Shown here piece after piece: positions 25,867 to 35,025 of a stretch of 64,000 nucleotides of DNA. Origin of the DNA: Pseudomonadota bacterium (lineage in GTDB: Bacteria; Bdellovibrionota_B; Oligoflexia; Oligoflexales; CAIYRB01); assembly GCA_031416315.1 (NCBI GenBank), contig JANOTL010000138.1:98131-162130 (forward strand), given 5' to 3'. Below the pieces are notes generated by a model. That model was given only the letters and a program-made list of their open reading frames with translations, did no database searches and had not been told where the DNA came from. Both the position numbers and the translations under genes were made by a program. Numbering within the stretch: the stretch's first letter is position 1; each line of letters opens with the position of its first letter.

Positions 25867-26511
25867 CTACTTCGAGCCCGTACCCACCGGTACGGGCTCA
25901 TTCTTCTTCGCCGCCGCCGCCGGCTTCGCATAACGCACCGTAAACTTCACGAGCGTACCCTTGTCGTCCGTGATCGTCATCGCGACGTTCGTCCGCGCCG
26001 GCACGTCGAACTTCGTCGGCGCGATGATGTGGTAGCTCGTCTTCCCCACCATCGTGTCCTCGCCGAGGAAGAAGAAGCGCTTGTTCTTCTCCGTCATCTC
26101 GATCTCGACCATGACGGCGACGTCGCCTTCGGTGACCTTGAGCTCAGTCATCGTCCGCGCCACGAGCTCGCGCACGGCGTTGCCCTCGATGGTCAGCTCC
26201 TTCGCGTCCTTCGCTTTCTCGTCCGCCTTCCAGGTGCTCAGGGCGTCGATCTTGGTCGCGCCGAAGGTGCCGAGATCGACCTCGAGCTTCTTCCGTTTCT
26301 CGAAGGCCAGGTTGCGCTCCTCGGAAGAGTTAAGGAGGCCGAAGACTCGGGCGTGGAAGACGTAGTCGTTCACCCCGGAGTCGTCGTGATTGCCCGCGCG
26401 CAGCGCGTCGATCGCAATAGTCTGGCTCAGCAGATCGTATTCCAGCGGCTCCGCTACTGGAGTCTGGGCCAAGGCGAATGCGGTCATGAGCTTGAGGAAT
26501 GGGGATAGCAT
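25867..26511 (-). CDS. Secreted hypothetical protein
   Basis: Signal peptide MLSPFLKLMTAFALAQTPVA. K/E-rich. No recognisable motif. Confidence 0.45.
   Translation of the reverse strand: MLSPFLKLMTAFALAQTPVAEPLEYDLLSQTIAIDALRAGNHDDSGVNDYVFHARVFGLLNSSEERNLAFEKRKKLEVDLGTFGATKIDALSTWKADEKAKDAKELTIEGNAVRELVARTMTELKVTEGDVAVMVEIEMTEKNKRFFFLGEDTMVGKTSYHIIAPTKFDVPARTNVAMTITDDKGTLVKFTVRYAKPAAAAKKNEPVPVGTGSK
25874..25910. terminator. Perfect 11-bp hairpin between convergent GSIII and 25867..26511 genes (candidate bidirectional terminator)
   Basis: GAGCCCGTACC-cac-GGTACGGGCTC followed by ATTCTTCTTC. The stem encodes the last residues of the minus-strand ORF. Confidence 0.4.
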
Positions 26512-26525
26512 CCCCTCATTCTAGC

Positions 26526-27338
26526 TCAATGCGCCGGCCGCGTGTCCTTCTCGGCGGCCAGCTGTGCCAGAATGCGGAACATGGTCTCCAAGAGCGCCCG
26601 GGTCCGTTGGTCCGGGTTCTGCCGGTTCTCGTCCATGCAGACCTTCTCGACCACGGCGTGGTGGGGGACGTTGCTCGCCAGGGTCATGATCGCGGCCTCG
26701 CCGATGGCGTTGGCCAAAGCGTCCGACTCATTGCCGTAGTTCTTCACTGCGCCGACGATCTTGCGGACAAAGGCGGCGTCGCCCGTGGCGCTGAAGGCGG
26801 CCCACAGGAGGTTGATGTGCCGCGGATCGGTGATGTCGCCCTCGGTGAGCGCCGGCGGCGCGACCTTGGCCTTCAGGACCTCGCCGAGGCGATCCTGATA
26901 CTGCCGCGAGGCCCGACCGAGATTCTCGGTCAAAAGCTCGTGGCCTTCCTTCGTGCCGGAGAACCAGAGGGCGGTGAGGAGGACGCTCCAAGCCTCTTCT
27001 TTGAGCTTTGCGTCGCTCTTCCACTCGCTGACCCAGCTCGCCAGCGCGGCCGGTTCTTTCGTGAAGATGTGGCCGATGAAGATCGAGGCGATGTCGGGAT
27101 GGTCGGAGAGGTAGGCGTTCGACTGCATGAAATGAAGAGCCGCGGTCAGCCGCGCAGGGTTCCCGTTCTTGTAGTAGTAGGCGAACCAGTTGCGGAAGTC
27201 GTCGTCGCCTTGGAACGGCGTCACGTCGCTACCGGGGCTCGACGCCGTCGCGCTTCCGGAGAGCGTCTGGCAGCCACTGCTCGCCAAGCTCAAGGGCGTC
27301 AAAGCCGCGACCAGGGCGAGAATTCTGAGCGTACGCAT
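26526..27338 (-). CDS. Hypothetical lipoprotein
   Basis: Start trimmed to MRTLRILALVAALTPLSLASSGC (signal peptide plus Cys). Confidence 0.45.
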   Translation of the reverse strand: MRTLRILALVAALTPLSLASSGCQTLSGSATASSPGSDVTPFQGDDDFRNWFAYYYKNGNPARLTAALHFMQSNAYLSDHPDIASIFIGHIFTKEPAALASWVSEWKSDAKLKEEAWSVLLTALWFSGTKEGHELLTENLGRASRQYQDRLGEVLKAKVAPPALTEGDITDPRHINLLWAAFSATGDAAFVRKIVGAVKNYGNESDALANAIGEAAIMTLASNVPHHAVVEKVCMDENRQNPDQRTRALLETMFRILAQLAAEKDTRPAH

Positions 27339-27481
27339 CGAGCACCTCCAATCCGAGATCGACAGGGTTCGTGAGAAACCTGAGATGAAACCCGGAAAGC
27401 CTTGAGACTCAAGGGATTCGTAGGTCAAAACCGCGACTTGAGAGCGTCGCCGCTGCGGCGGTCGGACGGCGATTCGAGCTC

Positions 27482-28672
27482 TCACCGACGCAGCCGGTAG
27501 AACGCCTCGACCCGCTCTTGCCGCTCACGGACGTGCGCGCGCAAAGCAGCGAAGGCATAGAGTTGCCGGCGCCAGACGATCCCGCCGCGCCGATGGGTCA
27601 GCCACACGGAGCGCAGGATCGCCCAGATCACGAGGCTCGCCGCCGCCGGCGCTAGGAGCGCGTGCGCCGGCGACAGCCGACTGGAGCGGCGCATGAGCGT
27701 CATGATCGCGAGCATCGCCGCGATTGACGCGCAGCTTGCAATGCGCGCCGTCGCAGAGCCGAAAACGAGCCAGAGCGACGGCCCGATCGCCGCGATCGCC
27801 ATCGCCGCCGTCATCACCGTCGTGCGAACGAGAGAGAGTCCGAAACCGGCGTACGCGTTCTTCTCGATCCCGCGGATGTACCCGGCGAGCCCGTTCTGCC
27901 AGCGGACTTTGACCATGTCCGTGCCCTGCAATACGCGGCTCGCGCCGCCGGCCGCCTTCATCATCTCGCCGAGGCGCACGTCGTCGTCGACGCTGAGCGA
28001 AAGGTGCGCGAAACCGCCGGCCGCGACGAAGGCCTCGCGGCGCACGAGGTTGAAGGCGCCGATGCCGAGGTGGTTCCGCGAGCGCCCCGACTCGACGGCC
28101 CAGCTCGGATGTCCGAGCCCGAACATCAGCCCGAAGAAGCCGACGAAGAGCCGTTCGCCGAAGCCGCCGTGGTCCATTTCGGGATAGACCGTGAGGTGCG
28201 TGGCGGACGCGGCCTCCGCATACGCGACGGCGCGGGCGGCGGCATCGGGCGCAAAGCGAACGTCCGCATCGGTGAAGAGGAGCCACCGCGGCTCCGCGGG
28301 CGCGAGGCGGCCCATTCCTTCACGCAACGCGTGCGTCTTTCCGAGCCAGCCTTCGGGCAAGCTCGCGATCGTCACCACTTCGAGCCTTGGATCCTCCGCC
28401 GCGAGGCGGGCCAGGATCGCGCTGGTCCCGTCCTCCGAGCGATCGTCGACCGCCACGATACGCAGGCCCGGCAGGAGTTCTTGCGCCAGGAAGCTACGGG
28501 TCGCCGCTTCGATCCCCGCGGCCTCGTCTCGCGCGGCAAAGACGAGCGCGACACTGCCGTGCGGTAGCGGCGCCGGTCGCGGCAGATCGGCCAGCCAACG
28601 GCGGCGGCAGATCAACATCATCACAAGGAAGCGGACCCAGACGAGAAGGACGACGAGGCTCGCGGCGGTCAT
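27482..28672 (-). CDS. Family-2 glycosyltransferase, membrane-bound
   Basis: GT-A fold blocks (ALVFAARDEA, AVDDRSEDGT, DAD motif in LLFTDADV). C-terminal TM helices. Confidence 0.8.
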   Translation of the reverse strand: MTAASLVVLLVWVRFLVMMLICRRRWLADLPRPAPLPHGSVALVFAARDEAAGIEAATRSFLAQELLPGLRIVAVDDRSEDGTSAILARLAAEDPRLEVVTIASLPEGWLGKTHALREGMGRLAPAEPRWLLFTDADVRFAPDAAARAVAYAEAASATHLTVYPEMDHGGFGERLFVGFFGLMFGLGHPSWAVESGRSRNHLGIGAFNLVRREAFVAAGGFAHLSLSVDDDVRLGEMMKAAGGASRVLQGTDMVKVRWQNGLAGYIRGIEKNAYAGFGLSLVRTTVMTAAMAIAAIGPSLWLVFGSATARIASCASIAAMLAIMTLMRRSSRLSPAHALLAPAAASLVIWAILRSVWLTHRRGGIVWRRQLYAFAALRAHVRERQERVEAFYRLRR

Positions 28673-28820
28673 TCCTTGATGAGGTCGGTGAAGTGCATCC
28701 CGCCACCGCCCGCGAACGCAGAAGCGGCGACGACCCAGAGGCTCAGCGCGATCTTCGGTCTCGCCGCGCTCGTCCTCTGCATCACCGCCGTCTCCGTCTC
28801 TCCACCGCCGTCGCGCTTGC

Positions 28821-29327
28821 TTACTTCTTCTTCGCCGGCTTCTTGCCGCCGGCCTTTTTCGGGCCCTTGGCCGCTGCCGCTTTGTTCTTGGTCGGCTCGG
28901 TCTCGGAGAGGCGCGCGGCCGCGACGTACTCGTTCGGGCCGATCTTCGCCCATTCGCCGTTGACCACGACCTCGATCTTGTCGCCCCATTTCACATGGCG
29001 CGTGACCGGGGAGTCCTTCGTCGGGCCGGAGCGGACGTTGAGCGCGAAGCTGTTGACGAAGCGCCACACCTTGGCGCCTTCGAACCCGGCGGGCTCGGCC
29101 GAAGCCGCCGGCGCGGGCTCGGGAGCCGGGGCCGGCTCTGCAGCGACCGGAGCGGGCTCTTCGGCCGGCTTCTCTTCTTCGGTCTTCTCTTCTTCTTCCT
29201 CGGGAGCGGCGGCCTCGGAGCCAGCGCCTTCACCCGCCGGCTCGGCCGGCTCTTCTTGATCGCCGGAGCAACCGCCCGGCGCGAACGCCATGAACCCGAC
29301 CAACATCGCCAGACGATAAACTCGCAT
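28821..29327 (-). CDS. SH3b-domain lipoprotein with acidic P/A/E-rich linker
   Basis: Signal plus Cys. C-terminal bacterial SH3-like block WRFVNSFALNVRSGP...GDKIEVVVNGEWAKI. Lysine-rich tail. Confidence 0.55.
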   Translation of the reverse strand: MRVYRLAMLVGFMAFAPGGCSGDQEEPAEPAGEGAGSEAAAPEEEEEKTEEEKPAEEPAPVAAEPAPAPEPAPAASAEPAGFEGAKVWRFVNSFALNVRSGPTKDSPVTRHVKWGDKIEVVVNGEWAKIGPNEYVAAARLSETEPTKNKAAAAKGPKKAGGKKPAKKK

Positions 29328-29435
29328 GTCACTCTCCCTTAAAATTCATCTCCGCAGAGAATACGGTGCCAAAAGTCGGAGTAAAGAGCAAAAAGTTTCG
29401 TCAAATCACTCCCTCAGGTCGCTTACGAGGCGCAT

Positions 29436-31328
29436 TCAAGCCGACCGCTGCAGTGCCGCGCGCGCCTTCGCCAGCTCGCCCGGCAGGTCGACGTCGTCGG
29501 CCTTGAGCTTCCGGCCCATCGACAGGACGAACGCCTCCTCGTCGGCCGTGATCTCGCCGTCGGCGACACAGAGCTTGATCAGGAAATAGAGAAAGTTCCG
29601 GCGCTGGGCCTTGGTGATGAAGCGCACGGCCGGGAGCTCGTGGTTCTGCACCTGTTGACAGATCGCTAGGAGCCGTTCGCGGCCGATGCCGTGCATCGCC
29701 GCGAACTCGCCGAGCAGCGCCATCTCCCGACCCGCCGCGCGCCCGTCGGCCATGACGAGGCGCACGGCGGCCGCGATGGCGTCCTCCGCATCCGGCGTGC
29801 GGACCCGGCGGTCGCCCGTCGCCGTAGCCCCTGCCGCGGTCGGCACGTCGACCCCGACCGAGCGTCCTGAGTAGTGCCGGACGTCGGCCAGGACCCAGTC
29901 CGCGTCGCCGGTATTGAGCAAGGAGCCGCACCGCGAGCACGTTGTGCCGCCCAGCCGTGTCTCCGGCGCTCCGCAGCTGGCGCAGGCGCGCGCCGCGAAG
30001 CCCTCTTTCGCCGACTGCACGCCGGTCCGCCGTACGAGGACGAACTCGTGGTCGAAGGGATGCGTCTCCCGCACCGACGGCTTGATCAAGGCCGGAAGCT
30101 TCGCCGCGACCTCCCGTCCGGACCATTTCACCCGCACGTGCAGCTTGTCGAAGCCGCCGACGTCGCTTTCCACCGAGACCAGGTCGACCGCCCCGACCGC
30201 CGGATCGGCGAAGAAGCGCGTGCCGCCGTCCGCCTGCTTCTCGTAAGCTTTGTGCCTCTTCGTCAGGAAGTCGGGCGCCGCGACGCCGCGAACCGGCAAG
30301 GGCGAGCCTTGCAACTCCGCCGCGCGGAGGCGCCAGAAGATGACCGAGGCGCGGTCCTCGACGTACTGCTCGTTGAATCCCGGATCGCGTGCTGCGATCT
30401 CAGCCAGGCCGGCGACGGCGCCCGCACGCCGTTGCGCCGCGCTCGTCTGCGTGATCTCCGCGAGCACCCAGTCGTAGGACCCGGAGTTCACGATCGCCTG
30501 GCAGTATTCGCAGGCGCCGCGGTCCGAGATTTTGAGGGGCGCGCCGCAGCTCGGGCAGTTGCCGTCGGAGAGACCTTTCGCGCCCGGCTTCGTCCTCACC
30601 TTGGGGCGGCGGAGAAAGCTCCAATACTCGACGAAGCGCTCCGGCGCGTCGGCGCCGTCGACACGGGCCCTCGTGTCTGTGCGCTCGAAGTAGTCGACGG
30701 CCGAGGCCTCGATCTTCACCTCGATCGTGTCGAAGTGCGCGTCGCTCTTCACGCAGCGAAGGTGCACGTTCGTCACGGTGACATCCTTCATCACGTTGCG
30801 CAGCAACCAACGCTGGTGCATCTCGAGCAAGATCTCGAAGCGCTCTTGGACGCCGTCGCTCACCAGGGGCCGGATGCGCTCGAGGCTGCGCGCGCTCCAC
30901 GCCTTCTGCACCGCGAGAAAGGTGTCCCTCACCTTCTTCTTGAACGCCAGCTCGTCGAAGCCCGGGTCGCGGGCCTTCAGGCGATGTAACTCCGGCATAA
31001 GCACGTTCTTCGGGGCCGGCTCTTCGTAGTTTCCCCAATCCGCCTTGGCGCCGCCCCAAACCGAGTCGCCGCGCGAGTAAATGTAGTAGATGACGCCGCA
31101 CACGATGATCGCAACCGGGATTCCTACCGCAGGCTTCCAAATGATGAGCCGGACGAGCATGTAGATGATGTCGATGACCCAGCCGCTGTCGCTGTTGCTC
31201 CCGCCGCCACTGCCGCTATTGTAGCCGCCGCCACCGCCCGCGCGGCCGAACGAGGCCTCGTCCGAGACCATCATGAAGAGCAGGATAAGACTGGCAGCTA
31301 AGGACAGACGACGCACGCTGGCCCTCAC
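29436..31328 (-). CDS. Membrane protein with two Tim44-like domains, two zinc ribbons and C-terminal TerB-like domain
   Basis: Signal/TM plus Gly-rich segment. Two repeats of Tim44-like sequence, each followed by CxxC...CxxC (CPSCGAP..CEYC; CASCGAP..CSRCG). C-terminal TerB-like DGEITADEEAFV. Confidence 0.65.
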   Translation of the reverse strand: MRASVRRLSLAASLILLFMMVSDEASFGRAGGGGGYNSGSGGGSNSDSGWVIDIIYMLVRLIIWKPAVGIPVAIIVCGVIYYIYSRGDSVWGGAKADWGNYEEPAPKNVLMPELHRLKARDPGFDELAFKKKVRDTFLAVQKAWSARSLERIRPLVSDGVQERFEILLEMHQRWLLRNVMKDVTVTNVHLRCVKSDAHFDTIEVKIEASAVDYFERTDTRARVDGADAPERFVEYWSFLRRPKVRTKPGAKGLSDGNCPSCGAPLKISDRGACEYCQAIVNSGSYDWVLAEITQTSAAQRRAGAVAGLAEIAARDPGFNEQYVEDRASVIFWRLRAAELQGSPLPVRGVAAPDFLTKRHKAYEKQADGGTRFFADPAVGAVDLVSVESDVGGFDKLHVRVKWSGREVAAKLPALIKPSVRETHPFDHEFVLVRRTGVQSAKEGFAARACASCGAPETRLGGTTCSRCGSLLNTGDADWVLADVRHYSGRSVGVDVPTAAGATATGDRRVRTPDAEDAIAAAVRLVMADGRAAGREMALLGEFAAMHGIGRERLLAICQQVQNHELPAVRFITKAQRRNFLYFLIKLCVADGEITADEEAFVLSMGRKLKADDVDLPGELAKARAALQRSA

Positions 31329-31448
31329 GTCTCTAACGAAATACTTAGCTCCGCCATTCTAGCAAATGCGGGATCCTTCGCGTTAAGATGAGGAAACTCC
31401 TTCTGAACTCGCGACCCTTCCCCTTCCCCTTCACCGGAGCGGCTACCG

Positions 31449-32552
31449 ATGGGCATCCTCGACAAACTCAAGGGCGAATTCATCGACATCATCGAGTGGA
31501 CCCAGCCCACCGATCGGGGAATCCTCGCGTACCGTTTTCCGCGCCATAACAACGAAATCAAAATGGGCGCGAAGCTCACCGTGCGCGAAGGCCAGGCCGC
31601 CGTGTTCATTAACGAAGGCCAGCTCGCCGACGTCTTCAAGCCGGGCATGTACACGCTGCAGACGCAGAACATGCCGATCCTCTCGACCGTCAAGGGCTGG
31701 AAGCACGGCTTTAACTCGCCCTTCAAGGCCGAGGTCTACTTCATCGCGACGGCGCAGCAGCCGGACTACAAGTGGGGCACGACCAACCCGATCATCGCGC
31801 GCGACGCCGATTTCGGCATGGTCAGGATCCGCGGCTTCGGCTCCTACGTCTTCCGCGTCTCCGACCCGGCGCTCTTTATGAAGGAGCTCGTGGCCACCGA
31901 CCCCTGCTTCGAAGATTACGAGATCGACACGCAGCTCCGTCAGGTCATCGTCGCGCGTTTCTCCGACGTCCTCGGCAAATCGAAGATTCCGGTCTTGGAC
32001 CTCGTCGGTAACTACGAGCAGCTCGCGAAATTCGTCCTCGACCTGATCAAGCCGGAGTTCGCCGGCTGGGGCCTCGAGATCGTGAAGTTCTACATCGAGA
32101 ACCTCTCGCTGCCGCCGGAGGTCGAGGCCGCGATCGACCGCCGCACGCAGATGGGCGTTGCCGGCGACCTTTCCAAATACAACCAATTCCAGATCTCGGA
32201 GGCCATCCGCGCCTCGGGCTCGAACCCGGGCGGACTCGTCGGCGCCGGCGTCGGCCTGGGCGTCGGCTTGGGCGTCGCGCAGCAGGTCGCGAGCACCGTC
32301 GGCCAGCTGGGCCAGCCCGCCGCCGGCGCGCCCCCGCCACCGCTCCCGGGCGGCGCGCAGTATCACGTCGCCATCAACGGCCAGGCTTCCGGTCCCTTCC
32401 CCATGGCCACGATCCAGCAGTACGTCGCGCAAGGCCAGGTCAGCCGCGACACGCTCGTCTGGAAGAACGGCATGGCCGAATGGGTCAAGGCCGGAACCGT
32501 CTCAGACCTCGCCTCTTGCTTCCCGGCGACCCCGCCTCCCATCCCCAGATAA
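31449..32552 (+). CDS. SPFH/band-7 domain protein with C-terminal DUF4339 (GYF-like) domain
   Basis: SPFH-like N-terminal 260 aa. GLGVGLGV linker. C-terminal YHVAINGQASGPF...LVWKNGMAEWVKA. Confidence 0.7.
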   Translation: MGILDKLKGEFIDIIEWTQPTDRGILAYRFPRHNNEIKMGAKLTVREGQAAVFINEGQLADVFKPGMYTLQTQNMPILSTVKGWKHGFNSPFKAEVYFIATAQQPDYKWGTTNPIIARDADFGMVRIRGFGSYVFRVSDPALFMKELVATDPCFEDYEIDTQLRQVIVARFSDVLGKSKIPVLDLVGNYEQLAKFVLDLIKPEFAGWGLEIVKFYIENLSLPPEVEAAIDRRTQMGVAGDLSKYNQFQISEAIRASGSNPGGLVGAGVGLGVGLGVAQQVASTVGQLGQPAAGAPPPPLPGGAQYHVAINGQASGPFPMATIQQYVAQGQVSRDTLVWKNGMAEWVKAGTVSDLASCFPATPPPIPR

Positions 32553-32564
32553 GCGAACGAAACA

Positions 32565-33680
32565 TTGATCAAATCGAAGCAGAAAAAACGGCATGCGCCG
32601 CGCGTCGCGCGCCTCACCAGTGGTCTCGTGCGCAGCTCGGTGCGCTATTCACGGCGATTCTTCACCAGCGCGCGCCATTTCGGTCCGGCCAAGAGTCATT
32701 TCGACGGGAAAAAGTTCCTCAATCAGGTGCCGACCATGAACTGGTCCGCGCATGTGATGAAGTGGCTGCTCAACCGCAAGGGCGACAGCTGGCCGAAGTG
32801 GCTCGAGTCCGAGCCGGCGCCGAACCCTTCGGCGCGCGTCGACGGCGGCGAGATCGTCATCACGTTCGTCAACCACTCCACCGTCCTGATCCAGACCGCG
32901 GGCCTCAACATCCTGACCGATCCGGTCTGGTCGAACCGCGTCGGTCCCTTCCCGTGGCTCGGCGCGCAGCGCGTCCGCTCTCCCGGCCTGACCATCGACC
33001 AGGTGCCCAAGCTCGACCTCATCCTCATCAGTCACGATCACTACGACCACCTCGACATCCCGACGGTGAAGACTTTTCTCGAGCGCGACCACCCGAGGAT
33101 CTTCTGCGGCCTGGGCGTCACCCGCTCCCTCGAGATCGACGGGGTCAAGGGCGCCGAGGCCCTCGACTGGTGGGATACCGTGGACGTCGCCAACGGCGTC
33201 AGCGCCACCTTCACCCCCTCGCGGCACTTCTCCGGCCGTGGCCTCTACGACCAGGATTCGACCTTATGGGGCGCCTTCGTGGTCCACACGCCCTCGGGCC
33301 CCATCTATTTCGGCGGCGATACGGGCTACGGCCCGCACTTCCGCGAAGTGCGGGAGCAATTCGGCCCCATGGCCGTCGCCCTCCTGCCGATCGGCTGTTA
33401 CGAGCCCCGCTGGTTCATGAAGACCTTCCACATGTCGCCTTTCGACGCGGTCGAGGCGCACGTGGATCTGGAGGCGCACTACAGCGTGGGCGTCCATCTC
33501 GGGACCTTCCGTCTCGGCGACGAGAGCATCGAGCGGCCCGGTCTGGACCTCCTACAGGCCTTGTCCGAGAAGGGCTTGCCCCATTCTTCCTTCGTCGTGC
33601 CGGGCTTCGGCGAGCGCCTCGTGGCCCCGCCCCGCCCTCTCGGCCTCGGGCTCGGGAAGCCCGCCGTGGCGCGGTCCTGA
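32565..33680 (+). CDS. MBL-fold metallo-hydrolase (NAPE-PLD-like)
   Basis: ISHDHYDHLD (HxHxDH) plus downstream His/Asp ligands. Architecture matches N-acyl-PE phospholipase D-type hydrolases. Confidence 0.75.
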   Translation: MIKSKQKKRHAPRVARLTSGLVRSSVRYSRRFFTSARHFGPAKSHFDGKKFLNQVPTMNWSAHVMKWLLNRKGDSWPKWLESEPAPNPSARVDGGEIVITFVNHSTVLIQTAGLNILTDPVWSNRVGPFPWLGAQRVRSPGLTIDQVPKLDLILISHDHYDHLDIPTVKTFLERDHPRIFCGLGVTRSLEIDGVKGAEALDWWDTVDVANGVSATFTPSRHFSGRGLYDQDSTLWGAFVVHTPSGPIYFGGDTGYGPHFREVREQFGPMAVALLPIGCYEPRWFMKTFHMSPFDAVEAHVDLEAHYSVGVHLGTFRLGDESIERPGLDLLQALSEKGLPHSSFVVPGFGERLVAPPRPLGLGLGKPAVARS

Positions 33681-33798
33681 AAAGTTTTACATTTCCCTTA
33701 CATGTTGAAACTCGCGTCCTATCCGGCCTAAGATAGGACTTTGTCCATTATCCCATTGATCGGTTGCGGAAACTCCAGCTCGGGCGTAGGGAGAGGCG

Positions 33799-35004
33799 AT
33801 GCAGTTGCAAGAAATCAGTCGGGGGAACATCCTGCTCACGGGCGCCACTGGTGTCCTCGGGTCCCACCTGCTGAAAGAGCTCCTCGCCTCGACGGACTCC
33901 GACGTCTTTTGCGTCGTCCGGGCGGAAACGATCGAGATCGCGCGCCAGCGCCTCCACGGCTTCCTGCGGGTCTACGACCCTCAGGACAAGCTCTTCCCGG
34001 AGTTTCTGGCGCGCGTGACGCCGGTCCTCGGCGACGTGACGCATCCGACCCTGGGTCTGGACGCGAGCACCTACGCCGAGCTCACGGACTCCATCGACGT
34101 CACCATTCACTGCGCGGCGAACACCAACCTTTTCGCGCGCATGAAGCAGATCGAGCCGATCAACGTCGGCGGCACGCGTAACATCCTCGACTTCGTCCTC
34201 AAGACCCGCGCGAAGAACCTGACCTACATCTCGACCTACACGGTCATGGGCAACAGCTCCTTCGACGCCTCGGTCGTCTTCAAGGAGACCGATCTCGATA
34301 TCGGTCAGACCTTCAAGTACATGACCTACCAAGAGAGCAAGTTCACCGCGGAGAAGATGATCCACGCCGCCGGCAAAGAGCACGGCCTGCAGTGGAAAAT
34401 CATCCGTCCGGGACAGATCTTCGGAGAGGCGCGCACCGGCAACTATCCGCAAGGCCAGACGAACGTCTCCGGGCTCTTCTACGACATCTTCAAGACCGTC
34501 ATCGAGTCGGGCGTCGCGCTCTATGCCGACACCCACTACGACGTCTCGCCGGTCGACTACGTCAGCCGCGCCACCGTCCATTTGGCGATGCGTGAGCCGG
34601 CGACGGCTCAGACCTACCACCTGACTAACCCCGACATTAAGACGTACTCCGACGTCATCAAGATCGTTCGGGGCTTCGGCTACCCGATCGACATCGTTCC
34701 CCAGGATGAATATAAGCAGCTCCTCTTCAACAAGGGGCTCATGGTGAACGGCGCCGAGTACAAGAGCTACACGACCAAGGCGTTCCGCTGGTGGTACACG
34801 CGCGAGGAGTTCGAGTTCGACTTCCGCGAGAGCTGTCGCACCGTCTGCGACGCCACCCGCGCCGTGCTCGAGCCGCGCGGCATTCGTTGCCCCAAGATCG
34901 ACCACGACCTTATCGGCACCTACCTCGAGGTCGGCATCCGCAATCAGTACTTCCCGCAGGCGCCCGTACGCGTCGCGCAGCGCGCCAGCGCTGCCTCGCG
35001 GTAA
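33799..35004 (+). CDS. Fatty acyl-CoA/ACP reductase (thioester-reductase-domain, extended SDR)
   Basis: LTGATGVLGSHLL NAD(P)-binding motif, YxxSK catalytic pair (YQESK). About 400 aa, as in FAR / NRPS R-domain. Confidence 0.75.
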   Translation: MQLQEISRGNILLTGATGVLGSHLLKELLASTDSDVFCVVRAETIEIARQRLHGFLRVYDPQDKLFPEFLARVTPVLGDVTHPTLGLDASTYAELTDSIDVTIHCAANTNLFARMKQIEPINVGGTRNILDFVLKTRAKNLTYISTYTVMGNSSFDASVVFKETDLDIGQTFKYMTYQESKFTAEKMIHAAGKEHGLQWKIIRPGQIFGEARTGNYPQGQTNVSGLFYDIFKTVIESGVALYADTHYDVSPVDYVSRATVHLAMREPATAQTYHLTNPDIKTYSDVIKIVRGFGYPIDIVPQDEYKQLLFNKGLMVNGAEYKSYTTKAFRWWYTREEFEFDFRESCRTVCDATRAVLEPRGIRCPKIDHDLIGTYLEVGIRNQYFPQAPVRVAQRASAASR

Positions 35005-35025
35005 CAAACTCTAAGGACCGACGTC

